Shown here: positions 17,217 through 25,760 of the stretch, piece by piece
Position numbering within the stretch: the stretch's first letter is position 1
Layout of the letters: every line of letters starts with the position of its first letter
From: Clostridium sp. 28_17
GTDB taxonomy: Bacteria > Bacillota > Clostridia > TANB77 > CAG-508
Direction: 5' to 3'
Length of the DNA stretch: 64,000 nt
NCBI GenBank assembly: GCA_001916065.1
Contig: MNRS01000016.1
Location: 47-64,046 of the forward strand
Translations under genes and position numbers: made by a program
The notes under the pieces: generated by a model
Told to the model about the DNA's origin: nothing
The model's input: only the letters and a program-made list of their open reading frames with translations
Database searches by the model: none

Positions 17217-19241
17217 ATGGTAGAAGAAAAAGAAGAAAATAAAATAGAAAAAAAGCCAAGAGTACCAAGAAGAAATACAAATAAAAGGGTACAAAATAAA
17301 AAAGAAACAGTAGAAAATAAAGAACAAACAGTAAATACTGTAAAAAAATCAAGAACATCAAGAGAGGTAAAAAATACAAGAACGCCAAGAAGGGGAATAA
17401 AAGAAGAAAAAACAGAAGTAAATGAGAATACAAAAAATGTTAGAAGAACGAGAAATGTAAGAAATACACGAAAAACAAGAGAAAATAAATTACAAGAAAG
17501 TGTAGAATCAAAAGAACTTGTAGTAAGAGGAGAAAGTGCAATAGCAGAAAGAAAAACAAGAAAAAATGAAATGATATTCAAAAAACCAAAACTAAAAATT
17601 ATTCCATTAGGTGGATTACATGAAGTTGGAAAAAATATCACAGTATTTGAATATGATGATGAAATAATAGTAGTTGACTGTGGTTTGTCATTCCCAGATG
17701 ACGATATGCTTGGAGTAGACTTAGTTATACCTGATATCACATATTTACAAAGAAATGAAGAAAAAATTAAAGGATTAATAATAACACATGGACACGAAGA
17801 TCATATAGGAAGTGTGCCATATTTATTAAAGCAAATAAATATCCCAGTATATGCACCAAAACTAGCAATGGGATTAATAAGAAATAAATTAGAGGAACAT
17901 AGAATTTTAAGAAGTTCAACATTAGTTGAAGTAACACAAGGTCAAAAAATCAAATTTGGTAAATATTTTGAGGTTGAATTTATCAGAAGTACACATAGTA
18001 TACCAGATTCAGTAATGCTAGCAATAAAAACACCAGTTGGAACAATTTTACACACAGGTGACTTTAAAGTTGATTACACACCAATAGATGGAAAAATTAT
18101 GGACCTTGGAAGAATTGCAGAACTTGGAAATGAAGGAATTTTAGCATTAATGTCAGATAGTACAAATGCTGAAAGAAAAGGATTTACAATGTCCGAAAGT
18201 TCAATAGGACCAGTATTTGACGAATTATTTGATGGATGTACAAAGAGAATTGTTGTTGCAACATTTGCTTCAAATGTACACAGAGTTCAACAAATAGTAA
18301 GTTCAGCAGTAAAATATCACAGAAAAATTGCAATATGTGGTAGAAGTATGATAAATATGATTTCAACTGCAAAAGAGTTAGGATATATTGATTGTCCAGA
18401 TGATATATTTATTGACATAGACACAATGTCAACATATAATGACGAACAATTAGTAATTATAACAACGGGTAGCCAAGGTGAAACAATGTCTGCATTAACA
18501 AGAATGGCGGCAGGTGACCATAGAAAAGTTAAAATTACACCAAATGATTTAGTTATAATTTCTGCAAACCCAATACCAGGAAATGAAAAATCAGTTTCAA
18601 AGGTAATTGATGACTTAATGCAAATAGGTGCAGAGGTTGTATATAGTGCATTAGCAGATGTTCATGTTTCAGGACATGCCTGCCAAGAAGAACAAAAATT
18701 GATATTTGCACTTTCAAAACCAAAATTCTTTATACCAGTTCATGGTGAATATAGACAATTGAAAGCACATGCAGAAACTGCTCAATTAATGGGGATTCCA
18801 GCTAAAAACATTGTTATGATGGAAAATGGCAGAATTGTTGAAATTGATGAAAATGAAATGAAATTAGGTGGAATGGTTCCAAATGGTAGAGTTTTAGTTG
18901 ATGGACTTGGTGTTGGAGATGTTGGAAATATTGTTTTAAGAGACAGACAACATTTATCACAAGATGGTTTAATTGTTATTGTTTTAACAATGGATTCTTC
19001 AACAGGTGAAGTTGTTGCAGGACCTGATGTTATTTCAAGAGGTTTTGTATATGTTAGAGAATCAGAGAACTTAATGGATGATGTAAAAAATGTTGTTAGA
19101 CATGAAATTGGAAAATGTGAGGAAAAAGGAATAAGAGACTGGTCAACTATTAAGTCAACAGTTAGAGAAAATCTAAGAGATTATATTTTCTCTAAAACAA
19201 AGAGAAATCCTATGATAATACCAATTATTATGGAAGTATAA
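17217..19241 (+). CDS. rnj: Ribonuclease J with a ~125-aa Lys/Arg-rich N-terminal extension
   Basis: KIIPLGGLHEVGKNITVFEYDDEIIVVDCG and ITHGHEDHIG match the RNase J metallo-beta-lactamase/beta-CASP region. ATG 17217 follows GAGAGG. Confidence 0.9.
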   Translation: MVEEKEENKIEKKPRVPRRNTNKRVQNKKETVENKEQTVNTVKKSRTSREVKNTRTPRRGIKEEKTEVNENTKNVRRTRNVRNTRKTRENKLQESVESKELVVRGESAIAERKTRKNEMIFKKPKLKIIPLGGLHEVGKNITVFEYDDEIIVVDCGLSFPDDDMLGVDLVIPDITYLQRNEEKIKGLIITHGHEDHIGSVPYLLKQINIPVYAPKLAMGLIRNKLEEHRILRSSTLVEVTQGQKIKFGKYFEVEFIRSTHSIPDSVMLAIKTPVGTILHTGDFKVDYTPIDGKIMDLGRIAELGNEGILALMSDSTNAERKGFTMSESSIGPVFDELFDGCTKRIVVATFASNVHRVQQIVSSAVKYHRKIAICGRSMINMISTAKELGYIDCPDDIFIDIDTMSTYNDEQLVIITTGSQGETMSALTRMAAGDHRKVKITPNDLVIISANPIPGNEKSVSKVIDDLMQIGAEVVYSALADVHVSGHACQEEQKLIFALSKPKFFIPVHGEYRQLKAHAETAQLMGIPAKNIVMMENGRIVEIDENEMKLGGMVPNGRVLVDGLGVGDVGNIVLRDRQHLSQDGLIVIVLTMDSSTGEVVAGPDVISRGFVYVRESENLMDDVKNVVRHEIGKCEEKGIRDWSTIKSTVRENLRDYIFSKTKRNPMIIPIIMEV

Positions 19242-19265
19242 AATGCTTTGCAAAGGGGAAAATTT

Positions 19266-19490
19266 ATGGAAAATTCTAAATTACAAATAGTAAGAAATAA
19301 TATGAATTTGTCACCAAATGAAATAAAAAAGAAATTAAGAAAAACTTATCCAAATATCAGTAATGATGAGGTAATTAAATTAATAATAGAAGTTAGTAAA
19401 AAAGAAGAAAAACCTAATGGAAGAATGCTGATTGCAAAACGAGACAATAGAGGAAGAAAGCCAAAACAAAAAGAAGAGTTAGAAAGATAA
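19266..19490 (+). CDS. Hypothetical small basic protein
   Basis: ATG 19266 follows AGGGGA. The protein has 74 aa and a Lys/Arg-rich C-terminus. I recognised no family. Confidence 0.45.
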   Translation: MENSKLQIVRNNMNLSPNEIKKKLRKTYPNISNDEVIKLIIEVSKKEEKPNGRMLIAKRDNRGRKPKQKEELER

Positions 19491-19518
19491 AAATATCATT
19501 TTAAGAGGAGAATAGAAA

Positions 19519-21159
19519 ATGGATTACAAAGATTTAGCAAATTTAATATTTCCAGATGCAAAGGAAATATCATATTATGAAGAAAAATATCCAGAAAGAG
19601 ATTTACCAGAAGGAGCAATAGTAACAAGATATGCACCAAGTCCAACAGGATTTATGCATATAGGTGGTTTATACCAAGCCTTAATAGCTATAAAAGTAGC
19701 GAAACAAACAAATGGAGTATTTTTCTTAAGAGTTGAAGATACAGACCAAAAAAGAGAAGTTGAAAATGGAGTAAAAGAAATAGTTACATCTTTAAAAGAT
19801 TTTGGACTAGAAGCAGATGAGGGAATGATTTCAGATAAAGAAGGAAAAGGAAATTATGGACCATATAAACAAAGTCAAAGAAAAGAAATTTACCAAGCAT
19901 ATGCAAAATACTTAATTGAACAAGGTAAAGCATATCCATGTTTCTGTACACCTGAAGATGTAGAAGAAATAAGAGCAAAACAAGAGGCTGCAAAAATCAG
20001 ACCTGGATATTATGGTGTATGGGCAAAATGTAGAACTGTAACTGTTGAAGATGCTATAAAAAGAATCCAAAATGGTGAAAACTATATAATCAGATTTAAA
20101 TCTCCAGGAAGAGAAGACAGAAAAATACAACATCACGATGTAATTAAAGGAAAGGTTGATTTCCCAGAAAATGACCAAGATATAGTTATAATAAAAGCAG
20201 ACGGATTACCAACATATCACTTTGCACATGCAGTTGATGACCACTTAATGCATACAACACATGTAATAAGAGGAGATGAATGGTTATCTTCAGTTCCATT
20301 ACATTTGCAATTATTCCATGAATTAGGATTTAAAGCGCCTAAATATGCACATATTGCACCAATCATGAAAAATGATAATGGAAATAAAAGAAAATTAAGT
20401 AAAAGAAAAGATGCAGAAGCGGCTGTAAGTTACTATGCAGAAGAAGGTATTCCAGCAGAAGCAGTTAAAGAATATTTAATGAATATTGCAAATTCTACAT
20501 TCGAAAATTGGAGAAGAGCAAATCCAGATAAATCAATGGACGAATTCCAATTACAATTAAATAAAATGAGTGTTAGTGGAGCATTATTTGACATGGTTAA
20601 ATTATTAGATGTATCAAAAACAGTAATATCAAAAATGTCTGCAGAAGAAGTATATGAAAATGCTTTAAATTGGGCATCAAAATATGACCAAGAATTAGCA
20701 GAAATCTTAAAAGATAAAGAATATGCTTTAAAAGTTTTTGGAATAGAAAGAGGAAACAAAAAGCCAAGAAAAGATATATTAAAATGGTCAGATGTTAAGG
20801 AAAATGTTGAATATATGTATAATGAATTATTTGACAAAAATGAAGAAGAATATCCATTCCAAGTAATTAATGATAAAGAGTCAATTGAAAAAATATTAAA
20901 ATTATATGTTGAAAAATATTATGATGAAAATGATGACAAACAAACTTGGTTTGATAAAATAAAAGAGCTATCAGGTGAAATGGGTTATGCTAAAGAAGTT
21001 AAAGAATTTAAAGCAAATCCAGGAATGTATACAGCACATGTTGGTGATGTTAGTACAGTTCTAAGAGTTGCCTTAACAAAGAGAACTAATACACCAGATT
21101 TATATGAAATTATGCAAGTTCTTGGAAAAGAAGAGATAGAAAGACGTTTGAGACAATAG
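19519..21159 (+). CDS. gltX: Glutamate--tRNA ligase
   Basis: TRYAPSPTGFMHIGGL is the HIGH motif, KLSKRKD is the KMSKS-type motif, and RVEDTDQKR is present. Confidence 0.9.
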   Translation: MDYKDLANLIFPDAKEISYYEEKYPERDLPEGAIVTRYAPSPTGFMHIGGLYQALIAIKVAKQTNGVFFLRVEDTDQKREVENGVKEIVTSLKDFGLEADEGMISDKEGKGNYGPYKQSQRKEIYQAYAKYLIEQGKAYPCFCTPEDVEEIRAKQEAAKIRPGYYGVWAKCRTVTVEDAIKRIQNGENYIIRFKSPGREDRKIQHHDVIKGKVDFPENDQDIVIIKADGLPTYHFAHAVDDHLMHTTHVIRGDEWLSSVPLHLQLFHELGFKAPKYAHIAPIMKNDNGNKRKLSKRKDAEAAVSYYAEEGIPAEAVKEYLMNIANSTFENWRRANPDKSMDEFQLQLNKMSVSGALFDMVKLLDVSKTVISKMSAEEVYENALNWASKYDQELAEILKDKEYALKVFGIERGNKKPRKDILKWSDVKENVEYMYNELFDKNEEEYPFQVINDKESIEKILKLYVEKYYDENDDKQTWFDKIKELSGEMGYAKEVKEFKANPGMYTAHVGDVSTVLRVALTKRTNTPDLYEIMQVLGKEEIERRLRQ

Positions 21160-21228
21160 GGACAGTGCAAATTTGTCTCATGATTTATGTAGAAATTTGT
21201 CGGAAAAATTATCTTGGGGTGATTTGAA

Positions 21229-21411
21229 ATGGATTATAATATTGGAGATATTGTTAGAACTAAAAAGCAACATCCTTGTGGAAGTAAATTGTGGGAAATA
21301 ACCAGAGTTGGTGTGGATTTTAAATTGAAATGCCAAGGTTGTGGACATATTGTTATGGTTCCAAGAGAAAAGGCTTTGAAAATGATAACAAAGAAAATAG
21401 AAAATGAATGA
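21229..21411 (+). CDS. DUF951-family protein
   Basis: GDIVRTKKQHPCGSKLWEITRVGVDFKLKCQGCGH matches the DUF951 pattern. Confidence 0.8.
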   Translation: MDYNIGDIVRTKKQHPCGSKLWEITRVGVDFKLKCQGCGHIVMVPREKALKMITKKIENE

Positions 21412-21480
21412 ACCAGTGTGGATGTTGTTAAATTGGTCTAAAATACAACAATTATAATAACAATTTGAATGTTAACAGAA

Positions 21481-21510
21481 AAAGATGTCGAAAATTGACA
21501 TCTTTTTCTT
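21481..21510 (+). terminator. Hairpin terminator
   Basis: AAAGATGTC, a 7-nt loop, GACATCTTT, then TTTC. Confidence 0.55.
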
Positions 21511-21572
21511 ATGTCCAACATAATATATAGTATAACACATCAAATAAAAGTGTTATGCAGGAGGTGACTTTT

Positions 21573-21842
21573 ATGGAGCCACAAGAAGTATTTTGCTATG
21601 ATAAAAAAGAAGATAGATGCAATAACAATAAATGTTTTGGAATTATAACAGTAATATTAGCAATTGCTTTTTCATTTGTTGTTGGACTATTAGTTGGTGC
21701 AGCGGCAATAGCATCTGAAATAGTAGCATCTTTTGGAGCAATAATAGTTTTAGCAGTTGTTTTGGGATTACTTTTAATTTTATCTATTATATTACTAATT
21801 TGTAATAGAAAGAAAGATAAAAAAAGAAAATGTTGTTGCTAA
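21573..21842 (+). CDS. Small Cys-rich membrane protein ending in KKRKCCC
   Basis: ATG 21573 lies 8 nt after AGGAGG. The protein has an N-terminal C-x9-C-x5-C, two hydrophobic helices and a C-terminal CCC. Confidence 0.55.
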   Translation: MEPQEVFCYDKKEDRCNNNKCFGIITVILAIAFSFVVGLLVGAAAIASEIVASFGAIIVLAVVLGLLLILSIILLICNRKKDKKRKCCC

Positions 21843-21847
21843 AAAAA

Positions 21848-21876
21848 CGGGATTAGGGGACGGGTCTTCAATCCCG
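21848..21876 (+). repeat. CGGGATT-N15-AATCCCG palindromic element, forward orientation, with terminator-like context
   Basis: CGGGATTAGGGGACGGGTCTTCAATCCCG followed by AATTTTTTT. Confidence 0.85.
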
Positions 21877-21923
21877 AATTTTTTTGTATATTGATACATT
21901 TAGAAATATTTAATAAAAAAATT

Positions 21924-21952
21924 CGGGATTGAAGACCAGTCCCCTAATCCCG
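21924..21952 (-). repeat. CGGGATT-N15-AATCCCG palindromic element, inverted orientation, serving as the terminator for engB
   Basis: CGGGATTGAAGACCAGTCCCCTAATCCCG. On the minus strand it is followed by a T-tract. Confidence 0.85.
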
Positions 21953-21957
21953 TTTTT

Positions 21958-22551
21958 TTAAATATATTTTTCAATTTCATTCCATACATCATCCATATAA
22001 ATTCTTCTTTCAGAAGAAAATGGAAAAGTAGGAATATCACCAATTGGATTTAAAGTTTTTTGTAATTTGCTAGCTACATCTGGAACTTTAGTAACGGCAA
22101 TTTTATCTGCTTTATTTGCCAAAATCATACAAGGTAAACCGGAACGAATAACATAATCGTACATAAGTTTATCATTTTCAGTAGGTGAGTGGCGAATATC
22201 TACTAAAAAGATAATTAAGGAAATTTGTTCTCTATTAAATAGATATTGTTCAATAAATTTACCAACTTGTTCTTGTTCTTTTTTAGACATTTTACTGTAT
22301 CCATATCCAGGTAAATCAACAAAATAAAATTTTTCGTCAATATTATAAAAATTAATTTGTCTTGTTTTTCCAGGTTCACTGCTTGTTCTAGCAAGTTTTT
22401 TTCTGTTTATCATGGTGTTTATAAAACTTGATTTTCCAACATTGGATTTACCAACTAAAACGATTTCTGGTAAATTATTTTTTGGATATTGAGCAGGTTT
22501 TACTGCTGATACTTCAAATTTTGGATTATTTACTATCATATTTATTGACAT
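21958..22551 (-). CDS. engB: Ribosome biogenesis GTPase EngB/YsxC
   Basis: The G1 motif GKSNVGKSSFIN, followed by ARTSSEPGKTRQINFY and DLPGYGY. Confidence 0.9.
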   Translation of the reverse strand: MSINMIVNNPKFEVSAVKPAQYPKNNLPEIVLVGKSNVGKSSFINTMINRKKLARTSSEPGKTRQINFYNIDEKFYFVDLPGYGYSKMSKKEQEQVGKFIEQYLFNREQISLIIFLVDIRHSPTENDKLMYDYVIRSGLPCMILANKADKIAVTKVPDVASKLQKTLNPIGDIPTFPFSSERRIYMDDVWNEIEKYI

Positions 22552-22607
22552 TCCTTTCTATCAAGTCTATCAAGGCACAAAATTTTGCACTGTCCCACTT
22601 GTCTCAT

Positions 22608-23894
22608 TTATTTTTTTGGAAGAATTTTTTCAGTTCCGCCCATGTAAGGTCTTAAAACTTCTGGAACAGTAACACTTCCATCTTCATTGTAGTTGTTTTC
22701 TAATACTGCAATTAGTCCTCTTGGAGTAGCAACAACTGTATTATTTAATGTATGTAAGAAATAGTTTCCTTTTTCACTCTTAACACGAATTCCTAAACGC
22801 CTTGCTTGAGCGTCTCCTAAGTTAGAGCAACTACAAACTTCAAAGTATTTCTTTTGTCTAGGACTCCATGCTTCAATATCGCAAGATTTAACTTTTAAAT
22901 CTGCTAAATCTCCAGAACAACAGTCAAGTTGTCTTACTGGAACATTGAAACTTCTAAATAAATCAACACTTAATTTCCACAATTTATTGTACCAGTTCAT
23001 AGAATCTTCTGGTTCGCATAAAACTATCATTTCTTGTTTTTCAAATTGATGAACACGGTATAAACCTCTTTCTTCTAGACCATGTGAACCGATTTCTTTT
23101 CTGAAACATGGAGAGTATGATGTCATGCTAATTGGAAGTTCATCTTTTTTGATAAGTTGATCTTTAAATCTACCAATCATTGAGTGTTCAGAAGTACCGA
23201 TTAGGTATAAATCTTCACCTTCAATTTTGTACATCATATCATACATTTCTTCAAAACTCATAACACCAGTTACAACATCACTACGAATCATAAATGGTGG
23301 TATAGCATATGTGAAACCGTTGTTAATCATATAATCTCTTGCATATGCAAGCATTGCTTCGTGAAGCCTTGCAACATCACCAATTAGGTAGTAGAAACCA
23401 ACGCCACTTGTACGGCCTGCAGATTCTTTGTCCATTCCATTAAATCTTGCAATAATGTCTGCATGATATGGAATTTCGTAATCAGGAACAACTGGTTCAC
23501 CAAATCTTTGAACTTCTACATTTTCGCTGTCGTCTTTACCAATTGGAACAGATGGGTCCATAATATTTGGTATTTTCATCATTCTTGATTTTATTTCTTC
23601 AGCATATTTTGCTTCTAATTTTTCGTTCTCTTCAAGTTGTGCATTTATTTCTTGAACTTTTACTTTTATTTTTTCTGCTTCTTCTTTTTTGCCTTGTTTC
23701 ATAAGTCCACCAATTTCTGCACTTAAAGATTTTCTTTCTGCTCTTAGATTGTCTCCATTTAATTTTGCTTCTCTGTTTTTTACGTCTAAATCAATAACTT
23801 CGTCAACTAATATTAGTTTTTCGTCTTGAAATTTGTTTTTGATGTTTTGTTTTACAACATCAGGATTTTCTCTTAAAAATTTGATATCTATCAT
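22608..23894 (-). CDS. serS: Serine--tRNA ligase
   Basis: MIDIKFLRENPD at the N-terminus, a coiled-coil arm, and class II motifs (FRKEIGSHG, GDLA...). The protein has 428 aa. Confidence 0.95.
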   Translation of the reverse strand: MIDIKFLRENPDVVKQNIKNKFQDEKLILVDEVIDLDVKNREAKLNGDNLRAERKSLSAEIGGLMKQGKKEEAEKIKVKVQEINAQLEENEKLEAKYAEEIKSRMMKIPNIMDPSVPIGKDDSENVEVQRFGEPVVPDYEIPYHADIIARFNGMDKESAGRTSGVGFYYLIGDVARLHEAMLAYARDYMINNGFTYAIPPFMIRSDVVTGVMSFEEMYDMMYKIEGEDLYLIGTSEHSMIGRFKDQLIKKDELPISMTSYSPCFRKEIGSHGLEERGLYRVHQFEKQEMIVLCEPEDSMNWYNKLWKLSVDLFRSFNVPVRQLDCCSGDLADLKVKSCDIEAWSPRQKKYFEVCSCSNLGDAQARRLGIRVKSEKGNYFLHTLNNTVVATPRGLIAVLENNYNEDGSVTVPEVLRPYMGGTEKILPKK

Positions 23895-23910
23895 TTTTGC
23901 CTCCTAAAAT

Positions 23911-24186
23911 TTAATTTATATAATTTTTTTCAATTTCTTTTACTATTTCAAATCTATGTGTTTGTCCAGTTATATTATCTGGTCTTTCTGTGGAAATTTC
24001 TGATAAAAACATTTTTTCAGGTCTTATCCAAAGCATTTTTTTATCATCTCTTTCATATAATGGTTTGTAAACGACTATTCTTTCGATTGTTTCCGAGTCA
24101 TAGGCTATGTTTTCTACAAAATAGTAGTTTCCTTTAAAATGACGGTAGACTTTGCCAATTTCAACTTTTTCCATTTTTGATTTCAT
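23911..24186 (-). CDS. DUF1653-family protein
   Basis: YRHFKGNYYFVENIAYDSETIERIVVYKPLY...WIRPEKMF matches the DUF1653 pattern. The gene lies 16 nt upstream of serS. Confidence 0.75.
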   Translation of the reverse strand: MKSKMEKVEIGKVYRHFKGNYYFVENIAYDSETIERIVVYKPLYERDDKKMLWIRPEKMFLSEISTERPDNITGQTHRFEIVKEIEKNYIN

Positions 24187-24234
24187 TCCTTCCTAAAGGT
24201 ATAAATTTTTTTTATTTATAATTCTTTCTATGGC

Positions 24235-24263
24235 ATTATATAATATTTTTGGTTAAATATCAA
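24235..24263 (-). promoter_or_regulatory. Sigma-A promoter for the DUF1653-serS operon
   Basis: On the minus strand: TTGATA, a 17-nt spacer, then TATAAT. Confidence 0.6.
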
Positions 24264-24274
24264 GGAAAATTGAC

Positions 24275-24322
24275 ATAAAAAAAGTGCATATGTGTTTTTT
24301 TGGATTTTGACATATGCACTTT
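24275..24322 (-). terminator. Rho-independent terminator of the upstream minus-strand gene
   Basis: On the minus strand, AAGTGCATATGT pairs with ACATATGCACTT and is followed by TTTTTTT. Confidence 0.75.
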
Positions 24323-24335
24323 CGAAAAATAAAAA

Positions 24336-24563
24336 TTATTGACAAAAATTACTTTTTATAAAGTCTATTTCTGCTTTAGATAATGTTTTATCTAATAATT
24401 TTATTTTTTTATTAGCCATAATGTGTGCAACAACTTTATAGGTAGTCACATCGTTATTGCTTTTTTTATGTTTGATTTTTTTCCGTATTTCTCCAATAGA
24501 TGGATCGGAATCATTTGAACTAGCTGAAAATGTTTCGGCTAAATTTTTGTTGTCAATTTCCAT
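24336..24563 (-). CDS. Hypothetical small protein (75 aa)
   Basis: An ORF with an RBS (AAAGGAG on the minus strand) and its own terminator. I recognised no family. Confidence 0.5.
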   Translation of the reverse strand: MEIDNKNLAETFSASSNDSDPSIGEIRKKIKHKKSNNDVTTYKVVAHIMANKKIKLLDKTLSKAEIDFIKSNFCQ

Positions 24564-24753
24564 ATAGTAAATACTCCTTTCAAAAAAACATAAATAGTCA
24601 CTTCCAAATTATACCATTTTTTAATAGGATTGTAAATATCTACAAAATAAAAATTCAATCTTTAATTCAAATTTAAATCTATAATGAAAAAAAGAATAAA
24701 AAAATTGAAAAAGATAAAAATATAAAAAGAAAACAAAAAGGAGCGTGTAATAA

Positions 24754-25599
24754 ATGTTTATAGAAATAATAAAATTTATCATATATTCAGGGTTGATAGT
24801 ATTAATTTCAAAATATATCTTGGTAACGACTTTAAGAAAATTAGCAGAGGCTATGAATTTAAAAGCCAAAACGGTAGGGGATATAGCAGGTTATGCAACA
24901 TCAGTACCAGAATTATTAACAATAACAACATCAAGTTTAAGAGGACTAACAGGAGCAAGTGTTTACAACATTTTAAGTTCAAATGTTATAAATTTAATAC
25001 AATACTTAGGAGCAATTTTTTTAAATAAAAATACCTCTAAATTGCGTAATAGAGCAATAACAACAGATTTGATATTAGTTTTTTTTACAATAGTAATTCC
25101 AATTGTTTTCTTAAAATTTGATATAGAATTAAAATTGGCAGTAGTTCCACTATTTATTATTTTGTATGTGCTTTTTAGAATTTTGAATAATTATGTTCAT
25201 AAATTGTATTTAAAAAATGAAGATGCAGAGTTAGAAGAGGAAATTGAGGAAGAAAGGTTGGTTGAAGGTAAAAATTCAAAAAAGGTTATTTTATATATTG
25301 GCGTGTTAATTGTAACTGGAGTTTTATTGTTTATTATTGGTGAATTATTAGGCGATACTCTTGAGAATTTGTGCAATTTGTTTGGAGTTTCTGAGGTTAT
25401 TGTTGGTGTTTTATTGGGGTTTGTTACTAGTTTGCCTGAATTGATTACTTTTTTTGAGTCACAAAAACATTATAAAGATGTTCAAGATGATATGCTTGGA
25501 GTTGTTGAGGCTACGAATAATTTGCTTACGTCTAATATTTTGAATTTGTTTGCAATTCAGACTGTTGGAATTTTGATTTTGGCTATAATAAATGTTTAG
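24754..25599 (+). CDS. Ca2+/cation antiporter (CaCA, Na+/Ca2+ exchanger-like) membrane protein
   Basis: Two alpha-repeat motifs: GYATSVPELLTITTS...NILSSNVINL and GFVTSLPELITFF...NLLTSNILNL. Confidence 0.7.
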   Translation: MFIEIIKFIIYSGLIVLISKYILVTTLRKLAEAMNLKAKTVGDIAGYATSVPELLTITTSSLRGLTGASVYNILSSNVINLIQYLGAIFLNKNTSKLRNRAITTDLILVFFTIVIPIVFLKFDIELKLAVVPLFIILYVLFRILNNYVHKLYLKNEDAELEEEIEEERLVEGKNSKKVILYIGVLIVTGVLLFIIGELLGDTLENLCNLFGVSEVIVGVLLGFVTSLPELITFFESQKHYKDVQDDMLGVVEATNNLLTSNILNLFAIQTVGILILAIINV

Positions 25600-25619
25600 A
25601 AAAATTATGAAATAAGAAT

Positions 25620-25704
25620 CTTAAAAAGTGTCGACCAAAAACCTTAAAAAGTGTCGACTAAAATCGTTAAAAAGTGTCGACTGAAAAACTTAAAAAGTGT
25701 CGAC
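25620..25704 (+). repeat. Four direct repeats of (C/G)TTAAAAAGTGTCGAC phased at exactly 23 bp
   Basis: The copies start at 25620, 25643, 25666 and 25689. Each contains the GTCGAC palindrome. They lie immediately upstream of a promoter. Confidence 0.9.
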
Positions 25705-25710
25705 TAAATA

Positions 25711-25739
25711 TTGACTCTTTATTGGAAATATGCTATATT
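25711..25739 (+). promoter_or_regulatory. Sigma-A-like promoter for the ATPase gene
   Basis: TTGACT, a 17-nt spacer, then TATATT. Confidence 0.5.
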
Positions 25740-25760
25740 TAATAAAGAGAGGTGAATAAT

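Noticed and set aside
17072-17740. Long minus-strand ORFs rich in Leu, Phe and Ser. Examples are 17072-17740, 45505-45978, 45860-46381, 53118-53960, 59427-60044, 1114-1849 and 42-296.
   Set aside because: They lie antisense to well-supported + strand genes. They have low-complexity composition of the kind produced by reading AT-rich, purine-rich coding strands backwards. They also lack RBS or terminator context, so I treat them as shadow ORFs.
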